Positions 51,401 to 64,000 of a DNA stretch of 64,000 nucleotides are shown here, in pieces. The position numbers and the translations under genes are program-made. The DNA lies in the NCBI GenBank assembly GCA_965202585.1, contig OZ241827.1, positions 54,560,001 to 54,624,000 of the forward strand, in the 5' to 3' direction. Source of the DNA: Thalia democratica (lineage: Eukaryota). How positions within the stretch are numbered: position 1 is the stretch's first letter; every line of letters starts with the position of its first letter. The notes beneath the pieces were generated by a model that saw nothing but the letters and a program-made list of their open reading frames with translations, was not told the origin of the DNA and searched no databases.

Positions 51401-52780
51401 TTATTTGAAGTTTTTAATTGCATACTTACTTTATGTTATCATTGTTTGTGATAACTTCTTCAAAGCAATTCATAACTTAAAAACATGTGTACTTAACCAC
51501 AAGTTATGTAAAAAAGTCAACAAATTATGTTTATTATTATATTAATATATCAACCTGTAAACTTAGAATACATGCATATGTAGAATTTACTTTTTTTATG
51601 AGACTAAGAAATTTTGAATACATTTCATTTTCTAAGTACAAAAATTTAAATTTTATAGAGTAAAAACTAAACAACAAAATATGAAATAAGTATCTTTTGT
51701 ATAAAAAAAATTAACATATAAATATATGAAGGGTTGTATAACAGCTTTTTCTCAAGTATAACTATTTTATATTGTTACTTTTTATTATCTTTGTTATACT
51801 AACTATATATAGTCTTAGTAAATATGGTTATGGCTTTAAAAACAAATTTAAGTTTCTAATCTATTAAAAAAATTAATAGTGACTTTTTTATGATTAGTTT
51901 TAAAATAATTTAATTTTCTTCCAAGAAATATTATTTTGTTAAGTGTGCTATAAGGAATAATAAAAAACTATAGACAACATATCATTGGGCAAAAAGCTGT
52001 TAATTGGAGCTATAATATTAATTAATATTTTTTGTTATAAAAAATGGTTAAATACTCATTTTAAATGTGCCATAATCAGCAAATTGGTCTTAATTTGCTG
52101 AGCCCTGCACTTGAGAAAAACATTGAGTGTATTTAGTTTTTCTTGCAACAAAATAGAAAAACACAAAAATCTTGCCCAAGCATGTCTTAAGCTAATAAAA
52201 ATATTAATGGAGGTAAACTTTATGTAACAGATTATTTAAACAAAAAGAAAAGTTATTTTTTGTAACTATAAGAAAAGCTTGGTAAAAAATTAAGTAGCCA
52301 ACTACAATTTGCTGCTACTTAATGTTTTATTCAGGGTGGCCACTTGTTTTTGATAAACTATTCTCCAGGTTTTCCAAATTTCTTTCAGGTTTTTTAAATA
52401 CACCCTTTTATAGTTTTAAATTTAAGTTTAAGGTAAAAATATTATAACATCATTAAAAAGATACTGTAAAGCTACTTTTAATGTGTTTTTTAACAAGAAA
52501 AAATTTTGATGAGGACAAAAAAAAATTTCTACATGATAGATTTATTGTTTCAAATCAAAATCTTACTACTTAACATGTAAAAATTGTTTAAAATTCTAGG
52601 ATTTTTCAAAATTTCCCAAGTTCCAGGTTCTTTTAGCTTAAATTGTCTAATTCCAGGTTTTCCTGAATTCAAGGTTTAGTGGCTACCCTGTTTAATATAA
52701 ATTATAAAACTGAAAAAATATGTTTCTACTTACTTTGAAGTGCAAACAAGAACTGCCCAGTTGTTTGAATGGGAGCTGCC
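45420..52780 (-). CDS. PIGK: GPI-anchor transamidase catalytic subunit (peptidase C13); located exons 52780-52734, 51190-50977, 47160-47017, 46508-46285, 45873-45420; 5' exon(s) not located
   Basis: [51 protein letters not shown] (catalytic His), IDTC (catalytic Cys), CISTPGH and DFFGSVR. C-terminal hydrophobic segment ending KKKTE (KKxx ER-retrieval type). Splice phases are consistent; 360 aa recovered. Confidence 0.95.
48008..48560 (+). pseudogene. Decayed Tc1/mariner-type transposase in a PIGK intron
   Basis: [13 protein letters not shown]...[11 protein letters not shown] (HTH-like) and, allowing frameshifts, [27 protein letters not shown]...HFKDQHF.FQQ. Multiple stops and frameshifts; no TIRs identified. 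Confidence 0.7.
48696..50281 (+). mobile_element. Internally deleted hAT (Buster/Charlie-type) transposon in a PIGK intron
   Basis: TIR CAGTGCTTCTGAA / TTCAGAAGCACTG. Perfect 8-bp TSD ATATAGCT. Remnant ORF 49161-49628 ([21 protein letters not shown]), continuing past a stop as [26 protein letters not shown]...IKTK. Confidence 0.95.
52332..52690 (+). mobile_element. MITE of the CAGGGTTGCC-end family in a PIGK intron
   Basis: CAGGGTGGCCAC / GTGGCTACCCTG. Flanks TTTATT / TTTAAT. Internally similar to 42787-43139. Confidence 0.85.
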
Positions 52781-55700
52781 CTGAAACGTTCTATCAATTT
52801 TTTCTCGTGTGGCAACATCTAAACTGGTACATTTTCCCACCAAAAACAAAAGAAAAAAACTTAAAATTATCTTTGATTGCTTTAAATACATTTCTGCAAA
52901 ACAGAAAAAAATAGCACAGAACTATAAATAACAAGAAGACAAAATATGTTAATTTTACATTTTATCTTATATACCATTTCATATCAATGAATAAAAACTG
53001 TTGTACAATTTATGTTTTTGTTTTTTAATGACGTATAACTATAAAAAATTATTTTGCTATAAAATATACAAAGACTTATATTCCAATTTTAAACAAATTA
53101 AAGTTAATAAAATAATAGTTAACCAGTGTGTTTCAAGAAAATTTATGTAAAAATTTTATATCAATTAATTAAATATCCTTTATAATGAATCATAGTACTT
53201 ATGTTAAATACAAATTATAATACAGATATATAATTTGTTAAGAAAATTTGATTTTAAAAATACCTGAACATATGTTTTATAAAAACAATAAAATTGTTAT
53301 TAATCATCAGCTGTAGGTTTGAAATAAATTGCACTTTGCTAAACAATAACAAAAAAGTTATAAAAAATAACAAAAAACACTAGGACGTAATTATTGAATA
53401 TTGTAGAGTACAAAAATCCAAGCAAAAATTAATCTTCCATCTGAACAAACAACTAAAGTTTACAAAACTACAAATAAGTGACTTTTTTATTAAATACTCT
53501 GCATTTGTTGGGATTTTAAGAGGAGCTTTTCATATGTTGACAGGACTATATGAATTTACTCGTCTTATTTAGACAACACTCTTTTTTAAACGTATACACA
53601 ACGGCTGTTGATTCTTTTAAGCACAGCCTACAAACAGGGTTGTTATCATCTGCTATAGGCTGTGCTCTTTTTATCATCTCCCAATTTTTTTGCGCTTTAG
53701 GTTGCAAACATGCTTTAAAAGCTCAGTCTCATTTTCATATACACCACCTTTAAAAGATTTTTTATGGTTAGCATTTCGGAATCTGAACTGAGTTAAGCAT
53801 AATCTGTGTAGAACTTCCACTTCTCATTATGAAAATAATACTGAGCTTTCAAAGTACGTTTAAAGCTCAAAAACATTGATTTTGTAATAACTTAAAAAGG
53901 TGATAAAAAGGTATTTTAGATACTTTACCTGCAAACTTGTTTTATCTTAGCCAGAAGAAACTTTAAAATTGTAATACTTTCTTCAAAAAAAATAATTTTT
54001 AAAATTTTATTATTATAAACGTTTAAATATCAGTAATGTACAAACTGTAAAAAACTACATAAGCTTTGTTTAAAAAGTAAAGAGAAGATATATTTCTAAT
54101 GAAATTGTTTTATTTTGACTTTCTGTTTTTTCCTTTTATTTAAACTTTGGAACCTAACAAACTTACAAACTTTTGATCCCTTATGTGATGTGTCAAAAGT
54201 TAAATAAACAATCAATATTTAAGCATAAAATATGAAAATAAAAAAAATACAATAAATCAATTTTATAAAAACATAATCAAAAAGAAAAAAACCATAATGC
54301 AGTGCTATTCGAATTTTCTCCTTTTTGAGAGTGCTAGGTTGTATATAAACTTAAACTACGCTTGAAACAGGCTTTCAGTTTTGGCTGCTTTGCAGTTAGC
54401 TTTTAGCCACTGGCTTTTAAGTTTTACTGTTTCAAGCTATTGCAGCTTTTTACTGCATTTAGTTGTGAATGGTTTCAATCTTGTTTAAGCAAATTTATTT
54501 CGCTTTTATATTGCTTTATGAGTTTAGTTTAAAAAAACACTCAGTTTTCAGCTTCTTTGATTCATGTATTTTAGCCTTCTAAAAGAATTGGTAATTTGAT
54601 CTATTGGTTTTATGCTGTACAGTATTTTATCATCTTTTTGTTTTGCAATTTTATTATAAATACCTTTGATCACCACAGACTCTAATTATGTTAAACAGTA
54701 GTACAAGTAATTTATTTATTAAACCTTTAGTAAATAGTAAGAAAGTCATATTAGTTTATTTATCAACTATAGTTTAATTGTTAGCTTGGGGACATCTATT
54801 ATATAAGTTAAAGCGCAGGTTGCATTTTAAACCAGGCCTCTAACTTTGTATATGTAGAACACCCTGTTAGCGACAATAAAAAATATAGACTTCTTATTAG
54901 AAGGTAGGTTTTTATAAATATAAATTGAATTGAATTTTTGATGCTGTAAATAAAAGGTTATCAATATATATATACATATATATAAGAATTTTTATAGCTG
55001 TAAGTGCAGTATTTTTAATTAAAGAAGTGTCTTTTGATCAGAACTCTACTTCAAATATGAAATAAACTTAAAAATAAGTATGAGATGTACAAAAACTATA
55101 AAAGACTACCCTAAAATTTTCAAAAATGATTGAATTAGCCTAAGGTGGCCTGAGTTTAAAAAAAACTATCTTGAGTTGATTTGAATTATGCTGAGTAGCC
55201 TGAGTGGCAATTTATATGTGTTGATCACTGGTTTTTGTTCTTGCAGCCTTTAACTCAGAGTTTTCAATGCTGACATTAGGAAATATCAGTTATTTAAAGA
55301 TAAAAATAGTTGGTGAATAGTAATCAAAAAACAATAACAATAAAATCACAAAATTACAATAACTTTTAAATAATTTTGTAAAATAACTGTAATTTAGATA
55401 GTTTTTTTATCTTATTTATATTAAAGTGTGGCAGGGGTCCAAAATTCTCTGAGCTTAGGTTGCAATAACTAAATCAAGTACTACAATAGCAATGTATTTA
55501 AAAATAAAATCTTTTACTTATAATATACACTGGTTAATTTTTTTAAATAAAAAATAAAGTATATAAAGGTTTTTCTTTTTGTTAATGCGTCTACCATTGG
55601 GTTTGATTATTTAACTCAAAAGTTTTCAAAGCTTTCTTTAGGACATCTACTTACAAAACTAGGCCACACTAAAACTTAACATATACTTTAAAATATCTAA

Positions 55701-58700
55701 AATACTTAATTATAAATACTTTTTAGTGAAAAACATCAGTACTTACTGTCCCCTCTTTAACAATAAATGAAAACTAGAAATTGAAAATGAATTGAAACTA
55801 GAATAAATTAATTAAAATGTAACAGAATTAATAGCAAAATTTGTTTAATTATTTTGATAACTAACAGAACTTTTCTTACTTGAGTCACTTTGTTTGAAAT
55901 GAAAAAATATCAGAAAGAAAAATGTGAACGCTCACAACTATATTCAATGGATTGGTGTGGAGAAAGACCTTTTGGTTGTTGAGCCTTACACCAGAACTTA
56001 AACTCTTTCACTTTAATAATATATAGTATTTTTTAAATTTAAATTAAAAAGGAATATGACTACCACAACCATTACATAACTGTAAACTCAATTTGAAAAA
56101 CCAAAGTAAAACAGAGTAACAAATTATTTTTTGCTTAATTTAAAATTAACTTTTTGCAACATCTGACAAAATAATTTCATTGTGCATTAGTATTGATATT
56201 CTGTTACCAAGTTTCAAAAGGAGTTTGTTTATAATTTTAAGAATTCCCCTTATACGGAAACAACTTAACCAGAGTAAAGTTATACATCTGAAATATATTT
56301 ATAAATATTTACTCAATGAATACCTATCTCTTAAAAATTAAACAAAAAACTAATATTAAGATAATTAAAGTTATTCTACTATATTTTCCTTTATTTTAAC
56401 GGCACTTAAATAAACTGTTTAGAAATTTTACATATTTATAAAAAAGAACATAACTGTCTATATTTACCATTTTTAACTAAGTTTTTATGTTTAGATAACT
56501 CTTTTTTTTCACAAACGTTTTAAAAATTACACAAGAGTTTTTTTGTTATGGAAGATTTTATTTGAATCTGAAGTTTGTTTAGTACGTAGATAGTTTAAAA
56601 AATAAGTTTAACCGAAATGTTTTTTGTGCACCAGATCATGGACTAAATGTTTTGAGCATCTTTTTTTTATCGTTCAATAAACTGTAATGTATTTTGACGA
56701 ATTAATAACGATTAAGAAAAATATAAATCTCAACATGAAGCAAAACTTAAGTAAGTATATGTTTATTAATAAACTGTAAATAGTTTTGCTTGTCCACCTT
56801 TTTTTTATGCGTCTTTAACTTAAGCCTTTCTTTTTTAAGTGATATTTATTCCAAGCTGTAAGTTCGCTTAACTTAAATCGTTTCTAAACTTTAAAGTTTT
56901 GTACGATGTCACAGTTTTAACAGTGTTTGAAAGTAAATATTTGATCGAATATTGCGCTGTTTTTGTTTGTTTCACAGTAGTCTGCAATCCGTTGAAAAGC
57001 TTGCCTTTTTAATAAAGGATTTTACAGTTCAGAAATTTAACATCCTTTCTGTAAACTTCCAAAAAAAAATTATAAAATTTAATTTGTTGTATAATAAGAG
57101 TTATACTTATTTCTAGGTGTCTTTCAAATTTATTGTCAAGTTTGCCATATTTAAGTAAGACCTAAAGCCATCAAAATTTAATAAATATATACTACATTAT
57201 ACCCTAAATAGCTATTTCATAAAATACAAAGAAATTTTTTCTCAGTTAAAACTACTTTTCCGCTTTTACTCGCCTCTTCATTGTGTATTTAAAAGTCATC
57301 GAGATAGCTATTGCTAAAAAGAAATTATATGCATTATTTGACAACTCGCATGGTTTGGATTTGGAGTTTTTAACAATATTTTTGCAAAACTAACAAAGCT
57401 TGTTGTTTTCCAGCATTCCAGCACTCTTGAGTTGGGCTCTTTAATTTTTTTTTAAATTTGACTCGACTGAGTTTAAATAGTGGTGCACCCACATTGTGGG
57501 TTGGGTTCCACAATATTCAGTACAGCGTTCTTGTTTTCGAGCAAATACCGGTTTTATTTTGTAGAACTACTTGATTATCTATGTCAAACAGATTTTACCT
57601 GATTTTTTAACTTTTCAAATTACAAAAAATATTTAAAAACTAGTAAATATTATAGTAATAGAAAAATTTAATAAACTTTGTAAAGAACAAAAAACAACGT
57701 AAATGTTAATTTGTAGTAACAAAACAAAATAAGAGTTTCTGCTTAAGTACAAAAAAAAAATTAAATTTTCTATAAAAAAATTGCAAGTATTTTAAAGTCA
57801 CATAAAGAGAATATGACAATGTTTTAAAAGCTTGTGTTATTTTAAAGATCTTTAGCTAGCTATTGTCTTATACAATTTTTTAAAATTGAATTAGTTTTTA
57901 AGATGTAATGCTAAACGGCTAGAGATTTCAGTATGCTGCTTATGAAAGAATAAAATTTAAATGGGAAATAATGTTTTATAAAAATTCAATATTCATTTTA
58001 TTTTTACTGAGTCTACAGGTAGTCATTCTCAGAAATTCTTAGTCTAATCTAAACTTCTTAATAAACATGCAAAAATCATTTAAAAAAGGGGAAACTTGAG
58101 TCATATTTCTTGACTTAAAAACTTCAAAACACAACTATTTCTTTGTTCTTAAAGAATATTTCTCTACATAATTAAACAATTAAATGGAAAAATTAACTGT
58201 TTATTATTTTTTAAGTTTAGGTTTATTGGATTGTTGCGAGAGCCTACAAAAAAGTGGAATATTTTGGAATTTTTCAATCCTCGCAGCATATCTAAAAAAA
58301 TATGTTTTTTTTTTAATAGTTTTTTCTAACATTCTTTAGTGAATTAACCTTATTAAAAAGAGTAAATATGTTTTTTGTATAAACATAATACTTTTTCACA
58401 TGTAGGAGATTTTTAGTTTTCCAGCTTTAGTCTTTAGTTACGGTCTTCTTGCTTATTCTATAAAAAAAGTTGAAAAATCTAAACTTACTTCGAAAATAAG
58501 ATATTCTTTTAATTAGAAAAAAAATAAGTGCACTTTTTTTTTTTAATGGTACAATAACTAATAAAAGTTTGTAAATCCGTTTGTGGTTTTTAATTTGTCG
58601 CTCCCTATTTTTGCTCTAACTTTTTATACTAAAATAAGCATTTAAAAATCTTTAAATGTTTAACAAAAGTATCTTATATATAGAACAAACTTAGAACTTT

Positions 58701-60907
58701 TTAAAAAACTTTTTTTTGACTTGGCAAGAAGACTAATATTAAATGTTAAAAATATTTTAATAAACTCTGTGATGCAAGTTATTATGATAAAGCTGTCAAC
58801 TGTTTCTGTTCTATGCGAAAAAAAACTTACAATAATAAAAAAAAACTAGATGTTTATTAAATGTTAATTTAAATTTTTGTTTTAGAAGTTTTATCTTTTT
58901 TTAGAAATTAAAAGTATTCAGCACTAATAGTAACACACATTGCTATTCTGATAATTTTCCTATATATTTGGAACTAAAGAAACTAAAGGTAAACTTTGTA
59001 TCTTATTTTAATTAATTTCTTTAAACATAACAATTTAAAGAAATTATATCTATAAACTGAAAAAGAAGTTTATAAAAATATACTTTTCATAAAAGCAATT
59101 TAGGTTTTTGGCATTATAAAACTAACTTAAGATAAATTAACAAACTAAACAAGTCTAAACTGAATAAAATTTTGTTAACATTAATTATTAATTTAATTAA
59201 ACTATAATTTTTTTCATCTTTTATAAATAATATGTGATTACTACTCATTTAAAATCCGTTTGCTACTATTTATGCTATTTTATGTCTACATTTAGATACT
59301 TCTGTGTTATGTATTTCAATCAGTTAAGTTTACTTAGAATTTTATTTTAAAAAATTATTTTAAGTAAAAATAATCAGAGCAAGCTAACTGCTGAAACAAA
59401 ATTATTAGTTTTACTCTTTTTTTTTAATTAAGCATCAACAATTATAAATCAATATATACCATCATTAATAAAACAAAGGTGTAAAATTTTTATACTTCTT
59501 TATTTGTAAAAAAAACACCATTACAATAAAACATAACTAATTTAAACTACAAAGCTCAAAAAAAAACTTTGTGTTTAGTTAATTTTATTTAAAGGATACA
59601 CATCCTCAGATTAAAGACTCTAAAACACCGATAATTACACGGACAAATCTCATATGAAAAGTGTTTTTGCCAATGTTTTTGTTGATTGTAATAAATATAG
59701 GCTTTTTTTTAACTTATTTTGTTACAAAATGGTACTTAGTTTATTTTCTTCTAGTTAGTAATGTAATAAGATAAAAAGATATATTTGTAATAAAATAAAT
59801 CTGATTAACAAAAACTGTTAACTTCACTGTTTTTTCTTATGAAAACAGAACTTTTGAAAAATTTTCTTCTTCAATAAATCTTTTCATATTAATAAAAAAA
59901 ATACACCTGTTTTAGTAACAATATCCTTATTGATCTTATTTACGCTCAATTAATCAATGATAAATTTATAAAAAAAATTTGTTGTTGATATTTTAATACT
60001 TCTTGTTTAAATGTTTTATTATCAATGTTAAATGCATTCTTTTGTACTTTTATAAAGTCATTAAACTTTAAGCGAAAACTTTTACAAGTTTAAACCTTTT
60101 ATTAGGAATATTTAATGTATACTTTTTTATGTAGTGTAAAAATTATCATTTTTGGCTTCATATTTATTTCAATTTAAAAATAAGCTTCTTTCAAAAAATA
60201 CTAATTATTTTCAAGAAAAACTGTTTTAATATATTAACTAAATAAAACTTTATTATATGTACAATGTACCTGTTCAGAGTTAACATTAAAACAATTAAAT
60301 TGAAAAAGTTTGTTACTGGATAATAACTTTAGCTTTAGATTAAATTTATTGACTTTAAAAAACAATTTTTGATTCACAAATTTATTCATCAAATAATGTT
60401 TTACTCAATTAGTAAGATTAATGAGATCCTCGAAAAAAATAAATGTCTGAAGGTCAAAAAAATATTCATGGAGACAATAAGGCTAGCTTAAGTTTACAAA
60501 CTTTGTTAATACCATAACAAAAAACTTTAAAAAAAAATATATTATTAAATTTGTAACTTTCTCCTTGGATACAAATTGAGAATTATGATTGTTACTCTTG
60601 AGATAAACTAAAAGTATACATCTTTCAAAAACTATAAATAAGTTGGAAATAGCATTTACTAACGCACATTATAAGTTTATGTTGTAAAAACTACATACTT
60701 AAAGCAAAGTAGAGTAAATTGAAACTTTATGTAAAAGCTACCTATCATTTAAAATTTGAACCTCTAACTTATTACTGTAAAAGTATTTACCTAGTTTTAG
60801 TATGATTTGTATTACAGACTTTATCATTCTTGTAATTAGTTTGTGAATAAACTCAACAAAGAAAGATATATTTATTTATGATAAAGTCAAGCTGATTTGA
60901 ATCAACA

Positions 60908-62011
60908 ATGCCTGTGATTAAATGCCCTCTTGAGAGTTGGACATACGAAACACCAGACGTCGATGTTTCTGTAGTTGCCTCTTTGCTTATCATTCACAAC
61001 AATGTACATTAATGCAAATTCTTCAAAACCAAAGCTTCCAAAGATGGACCGTACTCGAATAGGGACAGACTGCAATGAGGAGGGTTGGAACATATTTGTC
61101 CAAAAGTGGACTATTTTTAAAAATAGCATGGAGATGACAGATGTAGAAAAACGCCGTCAACTGTACCAGTACTGTGAGGAAGATTTAGGCGATGCTATTC
61201 TGAAGGGACATGAGATGTAGTAAATTTTAGTGAGCAAGAGCTTTTAAGTATGATCAAGCAGCTTGCAGTTATTCCTGTTTCAGTTCTTGTACGACGATCA
61301 GACTTTCTTAGTGCAAGACAGGATTTGACTAAAAACACTAGACTATTTGCTGCCCGTTTAAAGGGAAAAGCCAGTACATGCTCGTACACATGTAAATGCT
61401 CAAAGCATGGCTGTAATCAAATGATAGATTTTACAGACATAATCCTAAAAGATGTCATGGTAACAGGTTTAGCCGAGGAGGATATCCGTAAAGAGGTGCT
61501 AGGATGGGAAAATCTAGATGAGAAAAATATCAATGAGACAATCGGTTTTTTTGAAGGAAAAGAGATGGCACGTGATGCAATGTCAAAACCCGCTGTTACA
61601 GCATCAGTTTTCTCATACAAATCATCAAAGAAAACCACTCAAAAACCAAGTAGTAAAATAACTTGTGGCATATGTAATAAATTAACTGATAAATTTGTTT
61701 GGAGCAGTGAAGATATGAGTTATATTGAGTGTTCTGCCTGTAAAAAATGCTGGATAAAGTCCTGTAAAAAAGTTTATCAAAATCACCAAAACTATGCTGA
61801 TGAGTCAAATGCACCTCTAGTTGGTGGATTGTATACACCAAATGTATACAAATCCTTAAAGAAAACCACACAAAAACCAAGTGGTAAAACAACTTGTAGC
61901 ATATGTAATAAATCAACTGATAAATTTGTTTGGAGCAGTAAAAATATGAGGTATATTGAGTGTTTTGCGTGTAAACATTGCTGGATAAAGTCCCGTAGAA
62001 AAATTTATTAA
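60908..62011 (+). pseudogene. Frameshifted gag of the Gypsy-like element
   Basis: MPVIKCP...YETPDVD, EEGWNIFVQKW...QLYQYCEEDLG, IKQLAVIP...RR...RQD...FAARLKGKASTC and DVMVTGLAEEDIRKEVLG, spread over three reading segments. Confidence 0.75.
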
Positions 62012-62350
62012 AGTCATCAAAATTATGCTGATGAGTGAAATACACTTCTAGTTGGTGGATTGTATACACAAAAGTTTGTTGGCTTTTGCAGCCGAGGTCG
62101 TATAAAAAATATGTTCGAGCGGAAAAAAGCGAAGAAGAAAAAGGAGGTACAGGGACAGAAAAACGTACTTTTACACACTGGTTCGCGACGAAATTTAAAG
62201 AAGTCATTACCTTACGTCAGAAAGAGTGTTATGACTTACAATAACCCGCAGATCTCAAATATGTGAAGTGACGTTTGGAATAAAAAGGAAGAATCTCTCA
62301 ATATTAGTTTTGTTAAGTCTCTGGAAAGTATAAGTGAGAACACAAAATCG

Positions 62351-62593
62351 TTGCCACCACTGAATTGCGGTGATCATGTCGTGATACTAAATCAAACAGG
62401 TAACTTTCCTAGCAAGTGGGGGAATAGTGGAGTGGTGGTGGAAGTGAAGGACTGCCATCAATGTGTTGTCAAGGTTGATGGATCAGGTCGCTTAACTGTT
62501 CAAAATCGTAAGTTTCTAAGAAGATTTACCCCTCCTGTTTGCAAATCTCTAAGTAGTATCCCTTATCTGAGAAAAGTAGACATACCACTGTAA
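62351..62593 (+). pseudogene. Integrase C-terminal remnant of the Gypsy-like element
   Basis: LPPLNCGDHVVILNQTGNFPSKWGNSGVVVEV...VKVDGSGRLTVQNRKFLR is typical of Gypsy integrase C-termini. Confidence 0.75.
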
Positions 62594-64000
62594 AAGTCTG
62601 TCTTTTCTGTTAGGTTGGGAAAAGGTGTCAAGAAAAGTTTTAATGTTCTGTGTTTTTATAGAAGGAAGATTCTTTTTGAATAAGCATTGTGTAATTTCCC
62701 TCTGTACTAATGTTTTTCTTCAAAATTGATATTGAACTGGAATGGCTCGGATTTGCTTTGATCTATATTTTCTTGACTTATATTTTCTTCAGAAAAGCAA
62801 ACAGACCGCCAAAGTTTACTGCGAGCAACAATGTGTCCAGGATGAGTGTTTGAAATTATCGGATTATTTGCAGCGTTTCCGTGTAAGACTTTACGATGCT
62901 TTTCAAAAGCTTTGTGACACCGATGTTGCTTATATTCATTTATTGTCAAGTTGGAATGTTCACTAAATTAGTGTTTTATGGTCTAATGAATGAGTTTCAG
63001 TCCAATGGTGACGTCCTAAAGTTTGTAGTTGACTTTACAGCATACTAGTCTAACAGCCATCTGTTCAAAGTGATCTTGGATGAGGACGCAGAGATTGACT
63101 TTCAAAAACTCGAACTGTTGGTTGGTATCGAGTATTTGGAAAATAAGTGTAGCAGTATTTCGTCAGTGTTTAATGCTATCAGTAATGCACCTTCTACTTT
63201 GTTTAAAGTCAAAAATATGATAAAGATGTTTATCAGAAAATTAAGTGAAGTTTCAAGGTGGTTAGATGAATGACGTGTGGTTTCGTTCTTCAAAGCTGAA
63301 AAGTTCAAATCGGTGAAGCAATTAAGTTTTTAAATGCTTGTATTCAGCAACTGAGTGAAGAAAAGTAAAGATTAAGTCTCAAATTTTTTGTTACAGTTTG
63401 TTTGTTTAAGTTGTAGTTTGTTTTAACAATTCATTTATAAGTGAACTAAGTTAATCGTAATTTTTGAAATGTTTTTGTCTTTTTGAGTTTAATTTCGTTG
63501 AATTTTAGACCTGAAAATGTGTTAAAGTTGTAACAAATTGTTTTTAAAATTTTTTTGTTTTGTTAGGTAAATTTATCGTTTTATCTCCTTAGTAGATAAA
63601 ATCTGGGGGGAGATGTAGAAGTATTTACCTAGTTATAGTTATGTTTTGTATTACAGACTTTATCATTCTTGTAATCAGTTTGTGAATAAACTCAACAAAG
63701 AAAGATATATTTATTTAATTACCTTTAAAAATATTTGACAAAGTAAAAATAAATTGTTTATAAACTTAACTTGAACAATCTTAAAGAAAAAATTGAAATG
63801 TTTACGTTTAGCTTTTTTACAACTAGTTACTTACATTATGGGTACTAATACTTATTAATCTTTAGAAAAACTAAGATTTTAACAAGCAGAACCTCTAACA
63901 ACAATTTTTAAGTTTAAAAAATTGGTAAGAACGTCCTTAATGAACTTATGTCCTGGACAAGGCTTAAAAGGTATTCAAGTGGTGTGCGACTAGATAACCG

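Larger units (their letters stand above)
60776..63717 (+). mobile_element. Internally deleted Gypsy-like LTR retrotransposon with very short LTRs
   Basis: LTRs 60776-60878 and 63614-63717 (TG start; 4 substitutions plus 1 indel between them). 5-bp TSD ATTAC. PPT GGGGGGAGA at 63605-63613. Contains gag and integrase C-terminal remnants; no RT or RNase H. Confidence 0.92.

Noticed and set aside
53929-53960. 32-nt candidate PIGK exon (aag|TTTCTTCTGG...TTTGCAG|gtaaag)
   Set aside because: Its only open frame ends in phase 2, which does not fit the strong phase-0 acceptor at 52780; it would need a weaker downstream AG.

Overview
This is AT-rich, intron-containing animal-type (probably invertebrate) genomic DNA with noticeably GC-richer exons; I cannot name the species. 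Four host genes were reconstructed by hand. (1) A 4-exon C2H2 zinc-finger gene (+, 6836-9842). (2) An intronless 691-aa gene with a CXorf38/DUF4559-like HEPN domain carrying an RNxxxH motif (+, 16196-18271). (3) A 13-exon AGBL5/CCP5 cytosolic carboxypeptidase (-, 26294-44568). (4) PIGK/GPI8 GPI transamidase (-, 45420-52780; first exon not found). Transposable elements include a hAT-like family with 6-bp TSDs, a deleted Transib/RAG1-like element, a Foldback/MULE-like element, a Buster-type hAT, Tc1 and Penelope remnants, and a deleted Gypsy-like element with ~103-bp LTRs. The most striking structure is in AGBL5 intron 8. A 4.64-kb, 178-period array of a 26-bp unit is a tandem amplification of the intron/exon-9 junction itself (acceptor AG plus the first 11 exonic bases). 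Only the last acceptor gives a functional protein. The other end of the same intron carries an in-frame duplicate of the exon-8 end with its own splice sites. Also notable: the Transib ends have a CACAGTG heptamer with a second conserved block at 12/22-bp spacing, and 15 of 19 inferred donors are GTT. All assignments come from manual translation and recalled family motifs; no database searches were run.
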